Source: an uncultured Acidobacteriota bacterium
GTDB lineage: Bacteria; Acidobacteriota; Thermoanaerobaculia; UBA5066; Gp7-AA6
Assembly: GCA_963784935.1 (NCBI GenBank)
Contig: CAWATD010000001.1
Span: 20,991-84,990 of the forward strand
Direction of reading: 5' to 3'
DNA length: 64,000 bases
Below, piece by piece: positions 44,970 through 56,264 of this stretch; position 1 is the stretch's first letter, and every line of letters begins with the position of its first letter. Below the pieces are notes generated by a model that worked only from the letters and a program-made list of their open reading frames with translations, was not told the DNA's origin and did not search any database. The translations under genes and the position numbers were made by a program.

Positions 44970-47126
44970 TTAGACCACGTCGGCCGCGCGGATCGGGAGC
45001 CGGCGGACGCGCTTACCCGTCGCACCGGCAATCGCGTTCGCGACCGCGGGAGCCACGCAGGGCACCGGCATCTCGCCCATCCCGTACGGCGCCGGATTGC
45101 CCGGGACCGTGTAAGTCTCGAGCTTCGGCATCTCGTCCATGCGCAGCACCGGGTAGGCCGCGAAGCTCGTCTCTGCGACGCGGCCGGCCGCGATCGTGAC
45201 TTCGCCCTTCATCGCGTAGGACAGTCCCCAGATCACGCCGCTCTCGACCTGGCCTTCGACCCCGGAGAGGTTGACGACCTGGCCGCAGTCGACCGCCGTC
45301 ACCACGCGGTGCACCTGGACGTCGCCCCTGCTTCCAACCGACACGTCGGCGACCTGCGCGATCAGCGTGCTGCCGTGGTAGATGTTGCAGGCGAGTCCCC
45401 GGCCCGACCTTCGCCCGTCGCGGCGCGGGGGGGCCGATCCCCAGCCGGACTTCTCTGCCGCAACCTTCAGCACGCGCGCCAACCCGGCACGATCCACTTT
45501 GCGCTTTCCGTACGTGAACGGCGAGGGCCCGGACAGGAGCGCGAGCCGCAGCGCCAGAGGGTCCTTGCCGGACTTGCCCGCGATTTCGTCCAGGAAACAT
45601 TCGCGCGCGAAGACGTTGGCCGGGTAGTACACCGCACGCCACGCGCCGGTGTGGATCGGCGATTCGATCTCGTTCCAGCCGATGGCCAGGTTCGGAATGT
45701 CGTACGGATTGTCACAGCCTCCCCACGGGTTGCCGTCCGGGTCCTCGTTGGGATCGAACTCTCCGAACATCGAGAGGTGGAAAGTCGTCGCGGAATGCGT
45801 CCATGCGACCAGCCGTCCGGAAGCGTCGAGGCCGGCGGCCAGATCGACGCGGGCCGCCGGATGCACGCGGTCGCGCAGAAAGTCGTCGGCGCGCGACCAG
45901 ACGACCTGCACCGGCCGCTTCGCGGCGCGCGCCACCGTGACCGCCTCGAGGGCATAGTCCGCGCCGAGGCGGCGGCCGAATCCGCCGCCGATCAGCGTCA
46001 CGTGCACCGTCACCTTCTCGGGCGCGATGCCGAGGAGCCTGGCCGCCTGCGTCCGGACGCGATCCGGGCTCTGGGTGGGCGACCAGATTTCGCAGGCGCC
46101 TCCATCGACCCTCGCGATGGTGTTCCCGGGCTCGAGCGTCGCATGCGCCTGGAACGGCGTCCGGTAGGTCGCCGACAGGCGCGTCGCCGCGGCGGCGATG
46201 GCCGCGCCCGCGTCGCCGGACGTCCGGGTCGAACGGCCGGGCGACTGCGCGGCACGGTCGATGCGGGCCCACAGCTCGTCGGTCGTGAGCGTGCCGTTCG
46301 GGCCGTCGTCCCAGACCGCGCCGAGGGCGTCCCGACCCGTGAGCGCGGCAAACGTGTCCTCGGCGAGGACCGCGACGCCGCCGTCGATCGGGACGACGTC
46401 GCGCACGCCGGCAACGGCCCTCGCCTTCGCGGCATCGTGCCGGACGAGCCGGCCTCCCTTGACCGGGCACACCGCGAGGGCCGCGTAGAGCATGCCCGGC
46501 ACGCGCGTGTCGATCCCGTAGACGGCGCGGCCCGAGACAATGCCCGGGCCGTCGATCCGCGGGACGCGGGTTCCGACGAGCCGGAAGTCCTTCGCATCCT
46601 TCAAGCGCGGCTGTTTCGGCACCGGAAGGGCCCCCGCCGCGGCGACGAGCTCGCCGTATGGCGTTCTGCGCCCCGAGGCCGCGTGCACCACGGCGCCCAT
46701 CTCCGCGCGGCAGGACGCCGCCGGCACGCCCCACGCCTTCGCCGCCGCCTCGACGAGCATCTCGCGCGCGGCGGCGCCGGCCTCGCGCAACGGCTGCCAG
46801 GACGACGTGACGCTGTCGCTGCCCCCTGTTCCCAGGTCCTTGTAGTCGGGCCCGGGAGAGGCCTGCTCGACGGCGATGCTCTTCCAGTCGGCGTCGAGCT
46901 CCTCGGCGAGGATCATCGCGAGCGACGTCCGTGTCCCCTGGCCCATCTCCGAGTGGCCGATCACGACGACGGTGCGCCCATCCGCGCCGATGCGCACCCA
47001 TTGGTTCGGAGCCAGGCGCGCCGCGCCGGGCCTCGCCGCCGCCTGCCCGAGAAGCCGGATCGGCACGACGAGCGCCGCCGCGCCGAGCGCGCCATTCCAC
47101 AGAAACTGCCGCCGGGTCGCGCTCAT
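44970..47126 (-). CDS. Molybdopterin-binding subunit of a xanthine-dehydrogenase-family aldehyde/isoquinoline oxidoreductase (IorB-like) with Tat signal
   Basis: It is 718 aa starting at [19 protein letters not shown] (a twin-arginine motif). Further motifs: [42 protein letters not shown]. The longer ORF start at 47459 is rejected. Confidence 0.85.
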   Translation of the reverse strand: MSATRRQFLWNGALGAAALVVPIRLLGQAAARPGAARLAPNQWVRIGADGRTVVVIGHSEMGQGTRTSLAMILAEELDADWKSIAVEQASPGPDYKDLGTGGSDSVTSSWQPLREAGAAAREMLVEAAAKAWGVPAASCRAEMGAVVHAASGRRTPYGELVAAAGALPVPKQPRLKDAKDFRLVGTRVPRIDGPGIVSGRAVYGIDTRVPGMLYAALAVCPVKGGRLVRHDAAKARAVAGVRDVVPIDGGVAVLAEDTFAALTGRDALGAVWDDGPNGTLTTDELWARIDRAAQSPGRSTRTSGDAGAAIAAAATRLSATYRTPFQAHATLEPGNTIARVDGGACEIWSPTQSPDRVRTQAARLLGIAPEKVTVHVTLIGGGFGRRLGADYALEAVTVARAAKRPVQVVWSRADDFLRDRVHPAARVDLAAGLDASGRLVAWTHSATTFHLSMFGEFDPNEDPDGNPWGGCDNPYDIPNLAIGWNEIESPIHTGAWRAVYYPANVFARECFLDEIAGKSGKDPLALRLALLSGPSPFTYGKRKVDRAGLARVLKVAAEKSGWGSAPPRRDGRRSGRGLACNIYHGSTLIAQVADVSVGSRGDVQVHRVVTAVDCGQVVNLSGVEGQVESGVIWGLSYAMKGEVTIAAGRVAETSFAAYPVLRMDEMPKLETYTVPGNPAPYGMGEMPVPCVAPAVANAIAGATGKRVRRLPIRAADVV

Positions 47127-47593
47127 CGCGTCGTCCCTCCGGCCACAGCCCGCGCGACCGCGCGCTGCATTCGCCCATACGTCCCGCAGCGGCAGATGTG
47201 CGCCGACAGGGCGGCCTCGACGTCGGCCTGCCCCGCCGGCTTGCTGCCGCCGACGAGCGCCGCCGCCGTCATGATCATTCCCGGCTGGCAATAGCCGCAC
47301 TGGGCCACGTCCTCCGCGAGCCAGGCCAGCTGACACGGATGCCGGCCCTCCTCGGAAAGCCCCTCGATCGTCGTGACCCTGCGCCCCGCGGCGGCCCGGA
47401 TGGGGACCTGGCAGGACCGCATCGCCTCTCCGTCGACGTGGACCGTGCAGGCGCCGCACGCCCCGGCGCCGCAGCCGTACTTGGTGCCGGTCAGGCCGAG
47501 CGTGTCGCGCAGCACCCAGAGCAGCGGCATGTCGGGGTCGGCCGCCTCGATGGATTGCGTGCGCCCGTTGATCGTGATCGCGAACCTGGCCAT
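47123..47593 (-). CDS. (2Fe-2S)-binding small subunit (IorA/CoxS-like)
   Basis: The ORF is intact at 156 aa. Motifs: [12 protein letters not shown] and [10 protein letters not shown]...ICRCGTY. It overlaps the large subunit start by 4 nt. Confidence 0.9.
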   Translation of the reverse strand: MARFAITINGRTQSIEAADPDMPLLWVLRDTLGLTGTKYGCGAGACGACTVHVDGEAMRSCQVPIRAAAGRRVTTIEGLSEEGRHPCQLAWLAEDVAQCGYCQPGMIMTAAALVGGSKPAGQADVEAALSAHICRCGTYGRMQRAVARAVAGGTTR

Positions 47594-47696
47594 CCGCCCT
47601 CCCGCCTTCCTACGGAATCAGGGTACCGCGAGTTTCGGGCGTTCGCGGCGCGCGCGACGGTCACGGGAACCGAGAACCTCTCTCGCCGTTCAACGG

Positions 47697-50370
47697 CTAC
47701 CCCCGCAGCGCCACCATCGGATCCACCGCCGTCGCCCTCCGGGCCGGCACGAAGCACGACACGACCGCGACCGCGCCGAGCACGAACGCCACGACGAAGT
47801 AGGTCGGCGGGTCCGTCGGCGACACCTCGTAGAGCAGGCTTGCCCAGAGCCGCGTCACCACGATCGCGCCCGCCAGGCCGAGGGCGAGCCCCCCGAACAC
47901 GGGTCGCATCCCCTGGCCGAGCACCATCCGCTGCACGCTCGAGGGAAGCGCCCCGAGAGCCATCCGGATGCCGAACTCGCGCCGGCGTTGCCCGACCGAG
48001 AACGCGATGACGCCCGCGATGCCGGTTGCCGTGATCACGAGGGCGAGACCGGCGAACAGCGACGAGCAGGATCGCCGTCAGCCGCGGCGTGTCGAGCGCG
48101 CCGGCGTGCACCTGCTCGAGCGTGCGGAAGCGGTCCACGGGCTGGTCCGGGCCGACGCGCATGCACGGCGGCGCGCATGACCCGCTCCATGCGCGCGGGC
48201 TCGGCGGAGGTCCGCAGGAGGCACGTCGTCGACAGCCACGGGTACTGGTCGAGCGGAAACGAAGACCTGGTCGACCGGAGGATCGGCCGAGGCCGTACTG
48301 GCGCACGTCCCCGACGACGCCGACGATCGTCAACACCGGAGGTTCCGCCGGGCCGCGGCTCCCGAGCCGGATGCGCCGGCCGACCGGGTCCTCCGAGGGC
48401 CAGAGGTGCCGCGCCATCGACTGGTTGATGACGGCGACGGTCGCCGCGCCGGCACGATCGGCGGCCTCGAGGCTCCGGCCCCGCAGGATCGGCACGCCGA
48501 TCGTGCGGAAGTAGTCCGGCGTGACGTGCTGGAAGTCGGCCCGGGGCATCGCGTCGGCCGCGACGGGAGGGCGGCCCTCGATCTGGAAGCGGCCGTTGTT
48601 GGCGCGGCCGCCCTCGTTCAGCGGAATGGTCCCGGAAAGCGCCACGGACAGGACGCCGGGCTCGGCCGCCAGGCGCTCGAGCAGGCGCCGGTGGAAAGTC
48701 CGCTGGTCCTCCTCGGTCTTGTAGCGCGTGAAGTTGAGGTCGAGGCGCGAGGTCAGCACCCGCTCGGTCCGGAACCCGGGATCCACGCGTGGAGAGCTTC
48801 CAGAGCGTGCGCAGCATGAGCCCGGCCCCGGCGAGCAGGACGAAGGAGATCGCGACCTGCGCCACGATGAGGAGATTGCGAGCCCTCAGGCGCCCCGCGC
48901 CCGCCGTCGTGCGCTCCCGGCCTTCCTGGAGCGACAGCGTGAGCGCGCGCCGGGGAGCCAGGGCCGGAATGAGGCCGAGCACGATCCCGACGAGCACCGA
49001 GACCGCGAGCGAAAAGAGCAGCACGGGCACGCTGATCCCGATCTCGGACGCGCGCGGCGTGAAGCGCTCGGCGAAGTGCACCAGCATTCTCTGGCCTGCC
49101 GCCGCAACGACGAGGCCGAGGGCCCCGCCCGCGAGCGCGAGCAGGACGCTCTCGGTGAGCAACTGGCGCGCGAGCCGGCCTCTGCCCGCGCCGAGCGCCG
49201 AGCGCAACGCCAGCTCCTGCTGGCGTCGGGTCAGCCGCGCGAGCATCAGGTTGGCGACGTTGGCGCACGCGAGCAGCAGCACGAGGCCGACCGTGCCGAA
49301 CAGGAGCAGAAACGTCGGCCGGCGCGTTGCGCGTGAGCTCCTCGGACAGCGGCAAGCGGCGCGAGCGCCAGGTGGGACGCCGTCGGATAGCTCTTGGGAT
49401 AGTCGTGGGTCAAGCTGCGCCGCGAGGTCGTCGAGGTCGCGGCCGGCTTCTGGAATGCCGGCGCCCGGCTTCAGGCGGCCGAACGCGCGGAGCATGCCGC
49501 TGTCCCGGTCGGTTTCCATCTGCGGAGTCCGAGCGGAACGGGCAGGCCGACGTCGGCATGTAGACGTCGTTGTCCTGCGGGTAGCCCGGAATCGGCGGAA
49601 GGACGCCGATGACCGTGTGCGGACGGTCGTTCATCTGGAACACGCGCCCGACGACCGCCGGATCGCCGCCGAAGGACGCGCATCCAGTAGTCGTGGGACA
49701 GGACGAGGACGGCCTCGGCGCCGTGCTTGTCTTCGCCCGGCAGGAACGTGCGCCCGAGGATCGGGCGCACGCCGAGCAGGTCGAAGAAGTTCGCCGACAC
49801 GACGCCCGTCTGAACGCGCTCGGGCTCCGGCCGCCCGAGGAGCACGAACCACATCGAGTGGTACTCCGCCACCGCCGCGAGGGTGTGCGTGCGCTCGCGC
49901 AGGTCGGTGATCTCCAGCGGCGAGAATTGGCCGTCCTGGATCCCGGCTCCGGGAGCGTCGACCCGCAGCCGCACGAGCCGGTCGCCGCCGCCGTAGGGCA
50001 GCGACTGGAGGAGCACGCCGTGGACGACCGAGAAGATCGCCGTGTTCGCGCCGATGCCGAGGGCGAGCGTCAGGATCGCGGCGGCGGCGTAACCCGGGTT
50101 CCTGCGCAGCGACCGCAGGCCGTAGCGCACGTCCTGCAGGGTCGTCTCGAGCCACACGGCGCGGCTCTCGTCGCGCGCCTCGTCCTTCGTCTTTGCGACG
50201 CCGCCGAAGCGCACGAGCGCCGCGCGGCGGGCTTCGGCGCGATCCATGCCGCGGCGCACGTTCTCCTCGGTTTCCCTGTCGATGTGGAAGGCGAGCTCCT
50301 CGTCGAGCTCGCGCTCCTTGCGGCCGGAGCCGAAAAGGGACGCGATGCTGCCCGCGATCTTCTTCAGCAT
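47697..50370 (-). pseudogene. ADOP-family duplicated permease 3; 4 or more frame breaks
   Basis: The N-terminus (in ORF 49471..51747) reads MLKKIAGSIASLFG...[37 protein letters not shown]. The first FtsX half reads LACANVANLMLARLTRRQQELALRSALGAGR (48035..49519). The second reads AFSVGQRRREFGIRMALGA...ARRATAVDPMVALRG (47697..48038). Confidence 0.75.
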
Positions 50371-50378
50371 GGCTCCTC

Positions 50379-50712
50379 CTAAGTCGCCGCGAGCACGCGC
50401 CCGACGGCGGCCGCGAAGCGTTCCCAGCTCTCGGTCTCCTCGGCGAGCTGCCGGCGGCCCGCGCGCGTCAGGTTGTAGAACCGCGCCTTCCGGTTGTTCT
50501 CGGAGCTGCCCCACTCGGCCTCGATCCAGCCCTTCAGCTCGAGGCGGTGGAGGGCCGGATAGAGCGAGCCCTGGTTGACGGCCAGGACGTCCTCGCGAGA
50601 GCTGCTGGATCCGCTGCGAGATGCCCCAGCCGTGCATCGCCCCCGGCGAAAGGGTCTTCAGGATCAGGACGTCCAGGGTCCCCTGCAAGAGATCGCTCCG
50701 GGACGGGGTCAT
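50379..50712 (-). CDS. PadR-family transcriptional regulator; one frame break near 50590-50600
   Basis: It begins [40 protein letters not shown]. After the shift it reads [65 protein letters not shown]. That second frame is my own translation. The gene sits directly upstream of ADOP 3. Confidence 0.75.
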
Positions 50713-50730
50713 CGGCCCTCCTCTCGGCTC

Positions 50731-50760
50731 TCTACAGGAGTCTACGGGCCTTCCTGTAGA
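50731..50760. promoter_or_regulatory. Perfect 9-bp inverted repeat (TCTACAGGA-N12-TCCTGTAGA), candidate PadR operator
   Basis: It lies 19 nt upstream of the padR start, in the divergent padR / amidohydrolase intergenic region. Confidence 0.5.
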
Positions 50761-50828
50761 TTGTTTAGGGGAGAGCCGGTCTTTTTTTCGCGGGCGCCGG
50801 GATAGTCTTCCCGCAAAGAGGGGGCATC

Positions 50829-52137
50829 GTGAAAAAAGGACCCATCTCCGGCAGCTCTGGCAGTCGTCGCCCTCGGCGCGTCGCTCGCGCCGGCCGCCGA
50901 GCCGCCCGCCAAACCGCCGATCGCCATCCGGGCAGGCCGCCTGCTCGACGTCAAGTCGGGCCGCTACGTGGACCACCCCGTCGTCGTGGTCGCCGGCGAC
51001 CGGATCGAGAGCATCGGCACCGCCGTGCCGGCCGGCGCGACCGTGATCGACCTCGGCGATCGCGTCCTGATGCCCGGCCTCATCGACGCGCACACGCACA
51101 TCCTCCTCCAGGGCGACGCCACCTCGGCCGAGTACGACGAGCAGATCCTCAGGGAGTACCCGGCGCACCGGGTCGTGCGGGCCGTACGGGCCATGCAGAT
51201 CGGCCTCGGCCACGGCTTCACCACGCTTCGCGACCTCGAGACCGAGGGCGCGGGCTACGACGACGTGGCCATCCGGGACGCCGTCAACGAGGGCGTCGTG
51301 CCGGGACCGCGGCTGAAGGTGGTCGGGCCTGCCCTTTCGACGACGGGCTCCTATCCCATCACGCACTTCCGTCCCGACTGGAAGTTCCCGAGCGGCGTCA
51401 TGGTCTGCGACGGCGCCGACGGCTGCCGCAAGGCCGTGCGCGAGCAGCTTTCCTACGGGACGGACTGGGTCAAGGTCTACGCGAACACCGGGGGACTCCG
51501 GCTCACCGCCGACGGCTACGTCGACTCTCCGCCCAACTGGACGAAGGAGGAGATCGAGGCGGTCGTGTCCGAAGCGCACGCCCACGGCGTGAAGGTCGCC
51601 GCGCACGCCCGTTCCGACAGCGGGCTGCGACTGGCGGTGGCCGCGGGAGTCGACTCGATCGAGCACGGCGACTCGATCCGCCCGGAGATGGCGGCCGAGA
51701 TGGCGAAGAAGGGAATCGCCTTCTGCCCGACGCTCACCGTCGTCCACTACGTCTCGGGACCGCGGGCCGCGGCCGGCTGCGCGATCTGCGCCGAGTCCGC
51801 AAAGATCCAGGCCCGCTCGTTCGAGAATTGCCGCAAGGCCGGAGTGAAGATCGTCTTCGGCACGGACGCGGGCGGATTCCCGTGGACCGAGATCAACCAG
51901 GCCGAGGAATTCGGGTACGAGGTCGCCCTCGGCATGACGCCGATCGAGGCGATCCGGACGGCGACGACGAACGCGGCGGAATTGCTCGGCATGTCAGGAC
52001 AGATCGGCACGATCGAGAAGGGCGCGTACGCGGATCTCGTCGCCGTCCCGGGCGACCCCCTGGCGAACGTCGCGGCGCTATCGAAGATCGACTGGGTGAT
52101 GAAGGGCGGCCAGGTCGTCGGCGGCGGGAGCCGCTGA
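50829..52137 (+). CDS. Secreted amidohydrolase-family metallohydrolase; one frame break in an A-run at 50832-50837
   Basis: With one A removed, the start reads GTG-KKDPSPAALAVVALGASLAPAAEP (signal peptide). ORF 50968..52137 carries LMPGLIDAHTHI, VKVAAHARS, IEHG and IVFGTDAG, the metal-ligand pattern of amidohydrolases. Confidence 0.8.
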
Positions 52138-52144
52138 CCGGCCG

Positions 52145-52762
52145 ATGGAAGGGCAAACCATGCTGCGTGCAGGACTCACCGGGGGTCTGGCGTCGGGAAA
52201 ATCCACGGTCGCGCACCTGCTGGCCGAACGCGGGGCGGCGATTTTCGACTCGGACGCCCTCGTGCGCGAGCTCTACAATCCCGGGGGTGCGGCGGTCCAC
52301 GCGGCGCGCGACCTCTTCGGCGATGCGGCCCTCGACGGAGCGGGGGCGGTCGACCGGGCCCGCGTCGCCGAGATCGTCTTCCACGATCCCGCCAAGCGCC
52401 GGGCCCTCGAGGCGCGCATCCACCCGATCGTCCGGGAAGAGCGCGAGCGGCACTTCGCGCAGGCCGAGTGGGCCGGCGCGAGGGTCGCCGTCTGCGAGGC
52501 GTCGCTGCTCTTCGAGGCCGGCACGGAGTCGGAGTACGACCGCGTGCTGCTCGTCGTGGCGCCGGTCGAGGAGCGCATCCGGCGCTGGGTCGCCAAGGGC
52601 GGCAGCGAGGAGGACGCGCGGCGGCGCGTCGCCGCCCAGATTTCGCCCGAGGAGGCGGCCAGGCGGGCCCACGAGATCATCGTCAACAACGGCACGCCCG
52701 AAGACCTGCAGCGCCAGGTGGACGAGGTCTGGGGGCGCTGGCTGGCGCTGGCGGGAAACTAG
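52145..52762 (+). CDS. coaE: Dephospho-CoA kinase
   Basis: It reads MLRAGLTGGLASGKSTVAHLL (P-loop)...FDSDALVRELY...RIHPIVRE. The true start may be the internal Met at 52160. Confidence 0.85.
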   Translation: MEGQTMLRAGLTGGLASGKSTVAHLLAERGAAIFDSDALVRELYNPGGAAVHAARDLFGDAALDGAGAVDRARVAEIVFHDPAKRRALEARIHPIVREERERHFAQAEWAGARVAVCEASLLFEAGTESEYDRVLLVVAPVEERIRRWVAKGGSEEDARRRVAAQISPEEAARRAHEIIVNNGTPEDLQRQVDEVWGRWLALAGN

Positions 52763-52790
52763 CCGCCGCCTTTTCCCGTAAACTTCTCTC

Positions 52791-54002
52791 ATGCCTGCCA
52801 AAAAGCTCAAGAGCCCCGCTCCCCTGGCCGTCCGGGACGGCGACGCGCTGCTTCTGGTCGGGACGATGAAAGGCCTCTTTCTGCTGCGCTCGGATTCGAA
52901 GCGCCGCCGCTGGCAGATGTCGGGCCCGCATTTCCCCGGCTCCTCGGTCTACGGAGCCGCCCTCGACACGCGGGCCGGGCGGCATCGCCTGTGGGCCGCC
53001 CCGTCGAGCATGCACTGGGGCGCGGAGCTTTCCTGGAGCGACGACTTCGGCAAGAGCTGGCAGCGGCCCGAGACTCCCCTCGTCCGCTTTCCCGAGGCCT
53101 CGGGCGCGGCGTTGAAGAACATCTGGCAGATCGCCCCGGGCCGCGCCGACGAGCCCGACACGCTCTACTGCGGCGTCGAGCCGTCGGCGCTCTTCCAGTC
53201 GCGCGACGCGGGAAAGACCTGGAGCCTGAACGACGGGCTCTGGAACCACCCCCACCGCGCCAAGTGGATGCCGGGCGGCGGCGGCCTCTGCCTCCACACG
53301 GTGCTCGTGGATCCGACGCGGTCGGGCCGCCTGACCGTTGCGAGCTCGACCGGGGGCGTCTACCGCTCCGACGACGGGGGTCGGTCCTGGAGCCCCAGGA
53401 ACCAGGGCGTGCGCGCCGAGTTCATGCCGGACAAGCACCCCGAGTTCGGCCAGTGCGTGCACAAGATCGTGCACCACCCGGCGCGGCCCGGCCGCCTCTT
53501 CCTCCAGAATCACTGGGGCCTCTACCGCTCCGACGATGGCGGCGACTCCTGGAAGGACGTGGCCAACGGCGTGCCGTCGGACTTCGGCTTCTGCCTGGGA
53601 ATCCACCCCCGGGATCCCGATACCGCCTTCATCGTGCCGCTGCACTCGGACGGCTTCCGCTGCACGCCCGACGGCAAGCTGCGCGTCTACCGGACCCGCG
53701 ATGCCGGCGCATCCTGGCAGGCGATGACGCGCGGCCTTCCCCAGAAGGACGCGCTCGAGACGGTCGTGCGCGACGGGATGGCCGTGGACGGCTTCGATCC
53801 GGCCGGCGTCTACTTCGGCACGCGCAGCGGCAAGCTCTACGGCTCGCGCGACGAGGGGCGCACGTGGGAGCTCCTGCGCGAGGGGCTGCCCCCGATCGTC
53901 TGCGTCAAGGCCGGCCTGGCGGAAAACGTCCGCGCGCGAAAGAAGGCTCCGCGCCCGAACGTCGCGCGCCGCGCCGGGAATCGGCTGCGCCGGGCGGCCT
54001 GA
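52791..54002 (+). CDS. BNR/Asp-box repeat beta-propeller protein (sialidase/xyloglucanase-like fold, function unknown)
   Basis: The ORF is intact at 403 aa with six Asp-box-like motifs: SDDFGKSWQ, SRDAGKTWS, SDDGGRSWS, SDDGGDSWK, TRDAGASWQ, SRDEGRTWE. Confidence 0.75.
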   Translation: MPAKKLKSPAPLAVRDGDALLLVGTMKGLFLLRSDSKRRRWQMSGPHFPGSSVYGAALDTRAGRHRLWAAPSSMHWGAELSWSDDFGKSWQRPETPLVRFPEASGAALKNIWQIAPGRADEPDTLYCGVEPSALFQSRDAGKTWSLNDGLWNHPHRAKWMPGGGGLCLHTVLVDPTRSGRLTVASSTGGVYRSDDGGRSWSPRNQGVRAEFMPDKHPEFGQCVHKIVHHPARPGRLFLQNHWGLYRSDDGGDSWKDVANGVPSDFGFCLGIHPRDPDTAFIVPLHSDGFRCTPDGKLRVYRTRDAGASWQAMTRGLPQKDALETVVRDGMAVDGFDPAGVYFGTRSGKLYGSRDEGRTWELLREGLPPIVCVKAGLAENVRARKKAPRPNVARRAGNRLRRAA

Positions 54003-54284
54003 TGGCCGTGCGATTCCTGATCCCGGGCCCGCTGCAGCCCTTTTCGGGCGGCCGCCCGGCGGTCGCGCTCGACGCCTCCCCCGCGACCGTGGCCGAAGCC
54101 CTCGCCGCGCTCGGGGCCCTCTACCCCGGGCTCTCCGATCGGATCCTGACCGAGCAGGGCGACGTGCGTCCCCACGTCAACGTCTTCGTGGCGGAGACCA
54201 ACATCCGCGACGCCGGCGGCCTCGCGGGCCCGGGTGCCCGAGGGCTGCGAGATCGCGATCCTGCCTGCCGTCAGCGGGGGCTGA
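54002..54284 (+). CDS. MoaD/ThiS-like ubiquitin-fold protein ending in Gly-Gly; one frame break near 54225-54235
   Basis: It begins MAVRFLIPGPLQPFSGGRPAVALDASPATVAEALAALGALYPGLSDRILTEQGDVRPHVNVFV. After the shift it reads RVPEGCEIAILPAVSGG-stop (my own translation). The ATG overlaps the upstream stop (TGATG). Confidence 0.65.
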
Positions 54285-54853
54285 TGCGGTTGACGGCGCC
54301 GACGCCGCCCGCGTGGACGGCGGCCGTGCTCGCGGACCTCGACGCGTTCCTGCTCGACCATGCGGCGAACGAGCGAAAAGCCTCGTCCTCGGCCATGGCA
54401 CTCGTCGCGCACTACCCCGACCGGGAGGAGCTCGTGGAACGGTGCATCGCGCTCGCGATCGAAGAGCTGCAGCACTTCGGATCCGTGCAGGCGCACATCC
54501 GCCAGCGAGGCCTCACCCTCGGCCCGGACACGCGCAGCGCCTACCTGCAACGCCTCCGCAAGCAGTTCCGGGAGGGCAGCGACGCCTACTTCCTCGACCG
54601 CCTCCTGACCGCCGGCATCGTCGAGGCGCGGGGCTGCGAGCGCTTCGGCCTCGTCGCCGCCGCACTGCCGCCGGGCCCGCTCAAGGAGTTCTACCGCGAG
54701 CTCGCCCGCTCCGAGGTGCGGCACCAGGAGCTCTATATCGGGCTCGCGCGGCTGTATTTTGCGGACGACGCGGTCGCGGCAAGGCTGGAGGAGCTCCTCG
54801 ACGTGGAAGCAAAGGTGATGGCGGAGCTGCCGATTCGGGCTTCTCTCTATTGA
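54284..54853 (+). CDS. miaE: tRNA-(ms2io6A37)-hydroxylase-like di-iron protein (MiaE family)
   Basis: It reads LDAFLLDHAANERKASSSAMALV...LAIEELQHFGSV...GIVEARGCERFGLVA...ELARSEVRHQELY. This is the duplicated E...ExxH ferritin-like pattern characteristic of MiaE. Its ATG overlaps the MoaD-like stop. Confidence 0.8.
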   Translation: MRLTAPTPPAWTAAVLADLDAFLLDHAANERKASSSAMALVAHYPDREELVERCIALAIEELQHFGSVQAHIRQRGLTLGPDTRSAYLQRLRKQFREGSDAYFLDRLLTAGIVEARGCERFGLVAAALPPGPLKEFYRELARSEVRHQELYIGLARLYFADDAVAARLEELLDVEAKVMAELPIRASLY

Positions 54854-54880
54854 AGCGGGCCCGAGGTTAAGCTCCCATCC

Positions 54881-56264
54881 GTGATTCCGACGAAACCCGT
54901 CACCCAGTACCTCTCCCGCCACGCGGAGCCCGAGTCCGCGCTCGCCGAGCGGCTGGAGGGCTCCTTCGGCCACGTCCTCGTGATCCCGGCCTACGGCGAG
55001 GGACGAAGCCTCTTCGACACGCTCGGCTCCGCGCCGAAGGGGCCGCGGGGAGACACGCTGATCGTCGTCGTCTTCAACGCACGCGCCGACTCTCCCGCGC
55101 GCGTCCACGAGGTCAACCGGGCCTCGAGCGCCCGCCTGCGCGAGGCCGCGACGTCCTCGCGCGAGCTCGGCCAGGCGCCGCTCGTCTCGGCGCTCGCCTA
55201 CCCCAATGGAACGATCGTCGTGATCGACCGCGCGCTGCCCGGGACACTACCTGCCCGAGGGCCAGGGCGTGGGGCTCGCGCGCAAGATCGGCAACGACTT
55301 CGCCCTGCAGCTGCACGCGGCCGGGCGGGTCGGCTCCCCCTGGATTCACAACACGGACGCCGACACGCTGCTCGCCAACGACTACTTCGACCAGACCGAG
55401 CCGGTCCCGGCCGAAGGCAACGCCGCGGCGCTCTACTTCTTCGAACACCGATTCAGCGACGAGGACGAGAATCTCGCGCTCGCGGCGCGGCTCTACGAGA
55501 TCTCGCTGCGCTACTACGTGCTCGGCCTCGCGTGGGCCGGCTCGCCCTACGCCTACCAGGCCATGGGAAGCTGCATCGCCATCCGCCCCGAGGCCTACGC
55601 CGCGGTGCGGGGCTTTCCGCGCAAGAACGCCGCCGAGGACTTCTACGTCCTCGACAAGCTCGCCAAGGCGGGCTCGATCGCGCGGCTGGCCGGAACGCCC
55701 CTTCTGCTCGAGGGCCGCATCTCCGACCGCGTCCCTTTCGGCACGGGCAAGGCGCTCTCGCAGCTGCTCGGAAAGAAGGGAGCACTCGCGGGTTTCCGGC
55801 TCTACCACCCGGCGGTCTTCGCGCACCTCGGCGCCTGGCTGCGCGCCCTGGCAGCGGTCGCCCGGTCCGGCGGACGGATCGAGACCGCGATCGAGGAGCT
55901 GCCGCGCGGCAACCCGTTCTTCAAGGCGGATGTTCTTGTCGAGTCGCTCGAAAAGATGGGGGCTTTTACGGCCATGCGCGAGGCGGTTGCGCGCTCCGGC
56001 GACGCGGCGACGATGCTGCGCCACTTCCACACCTGGTTCGATGCGTTCCGGACCCTGAAGCTCATCCGGGCGCTGCAAACGGGAGGCCTGCCCGCTCTCC
56101 CGTGGCGCGAGGCCCTCGCCGAGGCCCCGTTCACGGGGCTTTCCGCCTCGACGCAGGACGATCCCGAGCCCCTGCGCCGCGCGCTCGCGGCCGAAGAACG
56201 CAAGCTCGCAGAGAGTCCGGCGGGCGTGCCCGCCGCACTCGAGGCCGAAGAGCCCGAAGGCTAA
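54881..56264 (+). CDS. GT-A-fold (family-2-like) glycosyltransferase-like protein of unknown function; one frame break near 55235-55245
   Basis: Motifs: HVLVIPAYGEG, LIVVVFNARADS, GVGLARKIGNDFAL, NTDADTLL (DxD), KNAAEDFYVLDKL. A ~200-aa helical C-terminal extension follows. Confidence 0.5.

Noticed and set aside
49471-51747. A 758-aa minus ORF fuses the amidohydrolase-antisense region, PadR and the ADOP N-terminus.
   Set aside because: Only the segments from 50712 downward match known families (PadR, then ADOP). The upstream 340 codons are antisense to a well-supported amidohydrolase gene.
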